Assembly (NCBI GenBank): GCA_030653505.1
Contig: JAURZK010000185.1
Coordinates: 13,807 to 77,806 of the forward strand
Length of the DNA stretch: 64,000 bases
DNA from: Rubrivivax sp.
Lineage (GTDB): Bacteria > Pseudomonadota > Gammaproteobacteria > Burkholderiales > Burkholderiaceae_C
Reading direction: 5' to 3'
Part shown: piece by piece, positions 56,046-64,000 of the stretch
Position numbering within the stretch: position 1 is the first letter of the stretch
Layout of the letters: every line of letters starts with the position of its first letter
Notes under the pieces: model-generated
What the model was told of the DNA's origin: nothing
The model's input: only the letters and a program-made list of their open reading frames with translations
Database searches by the model: none
Position numbers and translations under genes: made by a program

Positions 56046-57218
56046 TTACTTGATCCAGAGCCGGATGGCGTCCCAGGCGCGGCCGAAGATGCCCGCCAGC
56101 GGCACAGGGTCGATGACGACCAGCGGCACCGCCGCCACCGGTGTGCCGGCGGCGGTGGCGATGTTGATCGTGCCCACGACCTGGCCGGCAGTGAGAGGCG
56201 CCACCAGCGGGTCGATGCGCTGCAGCGTCGTCTTCAGCTTGTCGCCTTCGCCCTTGGGCACGGTGACGAAGAGCGCGCCCGGCGCGCCGAGCCGGGCTTG
56301 GGCCTTTTCGCCCTTCCACACCGGCACCGTGGCGACGGCCTGACCGGCCTCGAACAGGCGCACCGTGTCCCAGGCCAGCCAGCCCCAGTTCAGCAGCTTC
56401 TGGCTCTCCGCGGCGCGCGCCTGCATAGACGCCGTGCCCAGCACCACACTCAGCAACCGGCGCTTGCCCGCCGCCGTGTCGCGCGTGGCACTTGCGACCA
56501 GGCAATACCCGGCGGCCTCGGTGTAGCCGGTTTTCATGCCGTCGACGCTGGGGTCGCGCGCCAGCAGCAGGTTGCGGTTGTCCTGTCGGATGCGGTTGTA
56601 GGTGTACTCGCGTTCGCTGTACATCGCGTAATGCAGCGGGTGCTCGCTGATGATGCGCGCGGCCACCACGGCCACGTCACGCGCGCTGGTGTAGTGCCCG
56701 GGTTCGGTCAGCCCTTCCGGGTTCTTGAACTGGGTGTTCTTCAGGCCCCAGGCCTGGGCCTGACGGTTCATCGCGGCGACGAAGTTCTCCACCGTGCCCG
56801 ACACACCCTCGGCCAGCGCGATGGCGGCGTCGTTGCCGCTCTGCACGATCAGCCCGCGCAGCAGCTCGCTGACCTTGGGCGTCATCGTGGTGTCGATGAA
56901 CATCAGCGAACCGCCGCCCTTGCGCTGCGCCCAGGCGCGTTGCGACACGGGCAGCGTCTGCTCGAGCGTGAGCTTGCCGTCCTTCAGCGCATTGAAGACG
57001 AGGTAGGCCGTCATCAGCTTGGTCAGCGAGGCCGGTTCGGCCTGCGCGTCGGCGTCGCGTTCGGCCAGCACCTGGTTGCTGTTGAGGTCGATCAGCAGGT
57101 ACTGGCGCGCTGCCAGTTCGGGCGGCTGCGGCAGCTGCGCCAGCGCCGGGCCGGCGGTCAGGAAGAGGGCGAGTGAACAGGCAAGGGCGGGAAGGAGTTT
57201 GAGCAAGGTGGATTTCAT
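56046..57218 (-). CDS. D-alanyl-D-alanine carboxypeptidase (PBP5/6 family)
   Basis: PASLTK (SxxK), SGN and KTG motifs; signal peptide. Confidence 0.96.
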   Translation of the reverse strand: MKSTLLKLLPALACSLALFLTAGPALAQLPQPPELAARQYLLIDLNSNQVLAERDADAQAEPASLTKLMTAYLVFNALKDGKLTLEQTLPVSQRAWAQRKGGGSLMFIDTTMTPKVSELLRGLIVQSGNDAAIALAEGVSGTVENFVAAMNRQAQAWGLKNTQFKNPEGLTEPGHYTSARDVAVVAARIISEHPLHYAMYSEREYTYNRIRQDNRNLLLARDPSVDGMKTGYTEAAGYCLVASATRDTAAGKRRLLSVVLGTASMQARAAESQKLLNWGWLAWDTVRLFEAGQAVATVPVWKGEKAQARLGAPGALFVTVPKGEGDKLKTTLQRIDPLVAPLTAGQVVGTINIATAAGTPVAAVPLVVIDPVPLAGIFGRAWDAIRLWIK

Positions 57219-57222
57219 CGGG

Positions 57223-57864
57223 TTATGGTTTGTGCGCGTGCGGCGGGTGCACGCAGGCGGCCAGGACGATCTGTTTGAGCACGGACAGCTGTCCGTGGAA
57301 GAAGTGACCGGCGCCGGGCAGCACCGTCACGGGAAGGGCTTGCGGCCGCGCCCAGTCGAACACGGAAGCCAGCGGCACGACGTCGTCGAGTTCACCGTGC
57401 ACGACCAGCGTGTCGGCCGGCACCGCTGCGAGCGGGAAACGCGACGTCGCCGGGCCCACCAGCACCAGGCGTTCGGCCGCGGCCTCGGGGGCCAGGCGCG
57501 CGGCGGCCTGGCTGGCGACGAAGCCGCCGAAGGAAAAGCTGGCCAGCAGCAGCGGCCGGCCCGCCACGCGCTGCGCCTGCACGACGGCCAGTGCGTCGTC
57601 GACCTCGCCGCGGCCTTCGTCCCAGCGGCCCTGCGACGTGCCGACACCGCGGAAGTTGAAGCGCACGCTGGCATAGCCCAGCGCGACGAAGGCGCGCGCC
57701 AGCGTCATCACGACCTTGTTGTCCATCGTGCCGCCGTGCTGCGGGTGCGGGTGGCAGACGACGGCCACGCCGCGTGGCGCGACACCCGCAGCAGGTGCGT
57801 CGACGGCGCAGGCGATGTCGCCGGCCGGGCCGGCCACCATCAGACGCTGCGTGGCTGCATTCAT
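57223..57864 (-). CDS. Alpha/beta hydrolase
   Basis: HPHP.HGGTMDNKVV, RFNFRGVG.S, SFSFG, HGE.DDVV, GAGHFFHG; start is ATG 57864. Confidence 0.92.
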   Translation of the reverse strand: MNAATQRLMVAGPAGDIACAVDAPAAGVAPRGVAVVCHPHPQHGGTMDNKVVMTLARAFVALGYASVRFNFRGVGTSQGRWDEGRGEVDDALAVVQAQRVAGRPLLLASFSFGGFVASQAAARLAPEAAAERLVLVGPATSRFPLAAVPADTLVVHGELDDVVPLASVFDWARPQALPVTVLPGAGHFFHGQLSVLKQIVLAACVHPPHAHKP

Positions 57865-58187
57865 CGGCCCACGTCGGGCGCCAGCAGCAGGCGCTCGACC
57901 ACGCGGCCTTGTTTGAGGTGCTGCTCGACGATCTCTTCGATGTCGGTCTTGTCGACGTAGGTGTACCAGGTGGCCTCGGGGTAGACCACGGCCACCGGGC
58001 CCCCGGCGCAGCGGTCCAGGCAGCCGGCCTTGTTGACGCGCACGCCACCGGGGCCGGCCAGGCCCTCGGCCTTGACGCGCGCCTTGCAGTGGTCGAAGGC
58101 GGCCTGCGCGTCGTGGTTGGCGCAGCAGGCCTCGCCACCGCTGCGCTGGTTCAGGCAGAAGAAGATGTGGTGCTTGTAGTAACTCAT
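57861..58187 (-). CDS. Thioredoxin-like [2Fe-2S] ferredoxin
   Basis: H.FFC.NQR....CC, RVNKAGCLDRC..GP..VVYPE..WY. Confidence 0.93.
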   Translation of the reverse strand: MSYYKHHIFFCLNQRSGGEACCANHDAQAAFDHCKARVKAEGLAGPGGVRVNKAGCLDRCAGGPVAVVYPEATWYTYVDKTDIEEIVEQHLKQGRVVERLLLAPDVGR

Positions 58188-58244
58188 CCCGGGGATTGTA
58201 GGCAGCGCCCCCTGCGGCGCCTGTGCTGGTCCCTGTGCTGCCGC

Positions 58245-59375
58245 CTAGGTCCAGCCGGAACCGCCGCGTGCACCCAGGCGCGACAGCAGCCAGCCCATCG
58301 CGGCATAGGGCCACAGCCAGCCGACCCACTGCGCCAGGCCGTGGAAGCGCACGAAGCGGCCTTGCTCCCAGGCCTGCAGGCTCTGCGCGAAGTAGGGGTC
58401 GGCGGGCGCCTGTGCCACGCCCACCACCAGCCCTGTCAGCGCCACCAGGCCCAGGCCGCTGGCCACCCGCGGCGACACCGGCACCAGCAGCAGCGCGGCC
58501 AGCAGGCCCAGGACGAGGCCGGGCAGGACGGCCGGCCCCAGCCAGGCCATGGCGTTGGCCGGGCCGAAGTTCAGCAGGGTCGCCAGCGTCATGCCGGAAA
58601 CGGCCAACGCCAGTGCGCCTGCGGCCACGGCTGCACGGCGCCAGCCCGCGCGAGTCACGCTGTAGGCCACGAGGCAGGGCGAGAGCAGGCCCAGCGCGAT
58701 GATCAGGCTTTCCGTCAGCGGCCGCAGCGGCGTCGCGGCCGGGGGCGGCGCGGCCAGCAGCGTGTGCGCGGCCTCGGCCCAGGGCACGTCCTGCAGCAGC
58801 ATGGCCAGGGTCTCGCGCAGGCGCTCGCCGACCTGGCCCAGGCCCAGCGGCAGCGGCGCAGGGAAGAGCAGCGCCACCGGCCACAGCGCCAGCAGCGCCA
58901 GCGCGCCGGCGCTTTCGCGCGCGAACCAGCGCTCGCGCAGTGCCTGCCAGCGCCCCACCATGCCTAAGGCGTGTGCCAGCAGCGCCAGCAGGGCGCCGGC
59001 CAGCGTGCCGGCGGTGTTGAGCAGGAAGTCCTCGCGCGCCGGCACGCGGCGCGGCAGGAACTGCTGCAGCACCTCGGTGCCATAGGACAGCCCGGCACCG
59101 AAGCCCAGGGCCAGCAACAGCGCCGGCAGCCAGCGCAGGCCGCTGCGCCGCGCCGCGATGCAGGCCAGCGCGCCCAGCGGCAGGTAGCCGAGCAGGTTGC
59201 TGGTGAGGTCGAAGCCCTGGTACCAGCGCGTGGTGGGCAGCACCACGAGCGTGGCGAAGTCCTGCCCCGGTGGCCAGCGCCAGCCGGTGAAGGGGTAGAG
59301 GCTGGCATAGAGCACCAACGCGGCATAGGCCAGCGCCAGCGGCGTGGCCAAGCTGCGGTGGCGTTGCAGCGGCAT
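58245..59375 (-). CDS. VanZ family membrane protein
   Basis: SLYPF.GW, D...NLLGY.PLG, E.LQ.FLP.R.P...D..LN..G. Confidence 0.88.
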   Translation of the reverse strand: MPLQRHRSLATPLALAYAALVLYASLYPFTGWRWPPGQDFATLVVLPTTRWYQGFDLTSNLLGYLPLGALACIAARRSGLRWLPALLLALGFGAGLSYGTEVLQQFLPRRVPAREDFLLNTAGTLAGALLALLAHALGMVGRWQALRERWFARESAGALALLALWPVALLFPAPLPLGLGQVGERLRETLAMLLQDVPWAEAAHTLLAAPPPAATPLRPLTESLIIALGLLSPCLVAYSVTRAGWRRAAVAAGALALAVSGMTLATLLNFGPANAMAWLGPAVLPGLVLGLLAALLLVPVSPRVASGLGLVALTGLVVGVAQAPADPYFAQSLQAWEQGRFVRFHGLAQWVGWLWPYAAMGWLLSRLGARGGSGWT

Positions 59376-59384
59376 CAGGGCGGC

Positions 59385-61042
<1,658 letters not shown>

Positions 61043-61064
61043 CAACAGGCGCCGCGGCGGCCGG

Positions 61065-62171
61065 ATGCGCATCTTCCACGTCAGCGCCGACCACTTCGCC
61101 GAACTCGACGCGCTGCCCGAAGCGCTGCCGCCCAGAGGTTTCCTCTGGCTGGGCAGCGCGCGGGGCGTGTTCGAGGTGCGCGCACCCGAGGTGCAGGCGG
61201 CGCTGCAGCGCTGGACGGGCGGCCAGATCGTCGACCTGCATGTGTCCGACCTGCTGAACAACCAGCTGCCCAGCCACTACGACTACACCTCGTGGTACGA
61301 CCTGATGGTCTTCAGGCGCCTGGCCGCCGGCGCAGGCAGTGCGGCCATGTTCATCGACGAGGAACGCGGCACGGCCAGCACGGCGCGCCAGGCGCTGGCC
61401 GCCATCGACACCAGCCCGGTGGGCTTTGCGCTTTTCGACCGCGTGCTCGTCACCGTGCATGCCACCGACTGCGCCGTGCGCGACTTCTTCGCCCAGCGCC
61501 TGGCCAGTACCGCAGGTGCCGCCACGGGCGAGTCGCGCGGTGCGGGTCGGCTGCCGGGCCAGCCTGCCGACCTGATGCTGCGCATGGTCAACCACATGGT
61601 CGACAGCTACCTCGACTTGCGGCGGCTGCTGACGCGCCAGCTCGGCACGCTGCAGGCCCAGCTGCTCGACCCGCACAGCCGCTTCGCGGACTGGAAGATC
61701 CTGCTCGAATCGCGCAACACGCTGCACATGCTGGAAGACACCTGCGAAGACCAGCGCAGCGCGATGCAGGAGTGGATAGACGCGCTGGAAGAGTGGCCCG
61801 ACGAGCCCGATGCGCAGGCCCGCCGTGAACGTGAGCTGTTGCGTGTGCGCTCGCGCGACGTGCTCGAGCACATCGAGCGTGTGCTGGGCCACGTGCGGCG
61901 CCTGGAGCAGAGCGCCGAGACCGCGGTCCAGATGCACTTCAGCGCCCTGGGCCACCGCACCAACGACATCATGCGCACGCTGACGGTGTTGACGGCCATC
62001 TTCATGCCGCTGAACCTCATCACCGGCTTCTTCGGCATGAACTTCGACGCGCTGCCGCTCATCCACTCGGTGACCGGCTTCTGGGTCGCCTTCGCGCTGA
62101 TGACGGCGATCGGCATCACGCTGGTGTACTTCTTCCGGCGCAAGCGCTACCTGGGCGGGGCGGGCGACTAG
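61065..62171 (+). CDS. corA: CorA family Mg/Co transporter
   Basis: C-terminal LT..T.IFMPL..I.G.FGMNF (GMN) followed by two TM helices. Confidence 0.9.
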   Translation: MRIFHVSADHFAELDALPEALPPRGFLWLGSARGVFEVRAPEVQAALQRWTGGQIVDLHVSDLLNNQLPSHYDYTSWYDLMVFRRLAAGAGSAAMFIDEERGTASTARQALAAIDTSPVGFALFDRVLVTVHATDCAVRDFFAQRLASTAGAATGESRGAGRLPGQPADLMLRMVNHMVDSYLDLRRLLTRQLGTLQAQLLDPHSRFADWKILLESRNTLHMLEDTCEDQRSAMQEWIDALEEWPDEPDAQARRERELLRVRSRDVLEHIERVLGHVRRLEQSAETAVQMHFSALGHRTNDIMRTLTVLTAIFMPLNLITGFFGMNFDALPLIHSVTGFWVAFALMTAIGITLVYFFRRKRYLGGAGD

Positions 62172-62330
62172 CGCCGCCGCGCAGCCTACAGAGGGGGCCG
62201 TCCCGTGGCGCGACAACGGGCGCTGCCGCTGGGCGCTACAACCGGTGCTCCCGCGTGACGTTACAACGGGCGCCGCCGCGTGGCGCTACAACTGGCGCCG
62301 CCGCGTGGCGTTACAACTGGCGCTGCCGCG
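62168..62330. repeat. 25-bp imperfect tandem repeat, about 6 copies
   Basis: ACAAC core at 62213, 62238, 62263, 62288 and 62313 (partial at 62188); consensus near ACAACTGGCGCCGCCGCGTGGCGYT. Confidence 0.9.
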
Positions 62331-63729
62331 CCAGGGGCGGGTTGCGCGCGAAGTAGCGCTGGATGCCCACCGCCAGCGCCTCGACGAGTTGCGCGCGGTA
62401 GACCGCGCTGCGCAGTTGCGCCTCTTCCTCGGGATTCGAGATGAAGGCCGTCTCGACCAGGATGCTGGGGATGTCAGGGGCCTTGAGCACCGCGAAGCCC
62501 GCCTGCTCGACCTGCGGCTTGTGCAGGCGGCCTACCTTGCCGATGTGCGTCAGCACCTCGCGGCCGAGCCGCAGGCTGTCCTTGATCTGCGCCGTGGTGC
62601 TCATGTCGAGCATGGCGCTGAGCACCTGCGCGTCGCGCACCTGCGCGACGTTGACGCCGCCCACCTGGTCGGACGCGTTCTCGCGCTGCGCCATCCAGCG
62701 CGCCGCGCTGCTGGTGGCGCCGCGCGTGGACAGCGCAAAGACGCTGGCGCCCCGCGCCTCGGGGCGCATGAAGGCGTCGGCATGGATGCTGACGAAGAGG
62801 TCGGCCTGCACACGTCGCGCCTTGCGCACACGTTCGTGCAGCGGCACGAAGAAGTCGCCGTCGCGCGTCAGCATCACGCGCATGCCGGGCACGGCGTTGA
62901 GCTTCTCGCGCAGTGCCAGCGCCACCGCCAGCACGACGTCCTTCTCGCGCAGGCCGGTGGGGCCGATGGCACCCGGGTCTTCGCCGCCATGGCCAGGGTC
63001 GAGTGCGACGATGACCAGCCGGTCGACGCGCCGGCGTTCGTTGGCGGTGGGCGGCGCAGCCATGCGCGCCGCCGCCGTCGCGGCTGCGTCGGGGGCCGCC
63101 GCTAGCCGGCCTTCTGCGGCGCTGGCCGCGGTGGTGCCGCCCAGCGCCTCGATGGAGGTCGAGCCCGCCGGGCCCGGGCGCTCGATGCGCGCGATGAGCT
63201 CGCCCAGGGCGTCCTGTACCGCCTGCGCCGCACGCTGGCCGGCGCCTTCGCGTTCCCGCACCAGCGCCAGCAGCGGGTCGGCCTCCTGCACGGGGAAGAG
63301 GTCCAAGACGAGGCGCTGCTGGTAGGCGGCCACGGGCGCCAGCGCAAACTGCTGCGGCCGCACCGGCTGCTTGAGGTCGAACACCAGGCGCACCACGCGC
63401 GGCTGGAACTGGCCGACACGCACGACCGCGATGTAGGGGTCCTCTGGCCGCACCTGGCCCACGAGTTCGCGCAGCGCGGGGTTGAGCTCCAGGCCGTCGA
63501 TGTCGACGACCAGGCGGTCGGGTGTGGGCACGAGCTGGTGTGTGGCCACCAGAGGCTGGTCGGATTCGATGGTCACGCGTGTGTAGTCGCGCGCCGGCCA
63601 GACGCGCACCGCGACGATGCCCGCACCCCAGGCCAGTTGTGGCGCGCCGAGCAGCAGCACCACCTGGCCCAGGCGCTGCAGCGCCTGGCGTCGCGCCGGC
63701 AGCAGGGGCTGGGGTTGCCGCGACGTCAC
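62311..63729 (-). CDS. amiC: N-acetylmuramoyl-L-alanine amidase with AMIN domain
   Basis: RR-type leader, VRVWPA.DYTRVT.E, LDPGHGGEDPGA, EKDVVL, F.SIHAD, SILVETAFISN; GTG start at 63729 overlapping the tsaE stop. Confidence 0.95.
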   Translation of the reverse strand: MTSRQPQPLLPARRQALQRLGQVVLLLGAPQLAWGAGIVAVRVWPARDYTRVTIESDQPLVATHQLVPTPDRLVVDIDGLELNPALRELVGQVRPEDPYIAVVRVGQFQPRVVRLVFDLKQPVRPQQFALAPVAAYQQRLVLDLFPVQEADPLLALVREREGAGQRAAQAVQDALGELIARIERPGPAGSTSIEALGGTTAASAAEGRLAAAPDAAATAAARMAAPPTANERRRVDRLVIVALDPGHGGEDPGAIGPTGLREKDVVLAVALALREKLNAVPGMRVMLTRDGDFFVPLHERVRKARRVQADLFVSIHADAFMRPEARGASVFALSTRGATSSAARWMAQRENASDQVGGVNVAQVRDAQVLSAMLDMSTTAQIKDSLRLGREVLTHIGKVGRLHKPQVEQAGFAVLKAPDIPSILVETAFISNPEEEAQLRSAVYRAQLVEALAVGIQRYFARNPPLARQRQL

Positions 63730-64000
63730 AGCAGTTCCAGACCGCGCGGCGTGCCGGCCTGCGCGAGCACCGCGCGGCTGTCGTCGGGCTGCGGTTCGAT
63801 GAAGAGGCGCAGGTCGGCCACCGGCAGCACTCCGGTGGCGTTTTCCGGCCATTCGGCGAGCTTCAGGCCGGGGTTCGCGAACAGCTCGCGAAAGCCGGCG
63901 TCGAGCCATTCACGCGGGTCATTGAAGCGGTAGAAGTCGAAGTGCGAGACCACTAGGCCAGGCAGTTCGTAGGGCTCGAGCACGGCGTAGGTGGGGCTCT
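63726..64000 (-). CDS. tsaE: tRNA t6A biosynthesis ATPase (5'-truncated by window edge)
   Basis: SPTY.VLEPY, HFDFYR, EW.E motifs directly upstream of amiC. Confidence 0.9.
   Translation of the reverse strand, partial: SPTYAVLEPYELPGLVVSHFDFYRFNDPREWLDAGFRELFANPGLKLAEWPENATGVLPVADLRLFIEPQPDDSRAVLAQAGTPRGLELL

Noticed and set aside
58245-59375. VanZ gene as evidence of glycopeptide resistance
   Set aside because: VanZ-like membrane proteins are widespread; there are no vanHAX or vanRS genes.
62168-62330. CRISPR array interpretation of the periodic sequence
   Set aside because: The units are contiguous 25-mers with no unique spacers, and no cas genes are in the window.

Overview
High-GC betaproteobacterial chromosome segment, probably Burkholderiales (inferred from Bug/TctC binding proteins and core gene order). 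It has two parts. (1) About 1-40.3 kb is accessory and ends at the 3' end of a tRNA-Ala(CGC) gene. It holds two decayed IS91-family transposase relics, a LuxR-type regulator divergent from a large Ig-repeat lipoprotein, and a ~32 kb acyl-CoA catabolic region (5.5-37.4 kb). That region has two IclR regulators, five CoA-transferase-family genes, four acyl-CoA dehydrogenases, three crotonases, MaoC, CitE, an Ltp2-like thiolase/DUF35 pair, PrpF- and PrpD-family enzymes, and Bug, TRAP and MFS transporters, but no recognisable acyl-CoA ligase or oxygenase entry step. A shared 15-bp operator-like motif sits in four of its promoter regions. (2) About 40.4-64 kb is core-like: a rubrerythrin/Fe-S oxidoreductase/DUF3501 trio, detoxification genes, tonB-exbB-exbD-exbD-TPR, miaA, a pseudouridine synthase, cell-wall genes (PBP, dat, ybeD, amiC, tsaE) and heme genes (hemB, hemJ-like). 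Features not in the ORF track include a candidate sRNA between the heme genes, a 25-bp tandem array built from the amiC 3' end, and several apparently leaderless genes. All family assignments come from motifs recognised by eye; no database searches were run.
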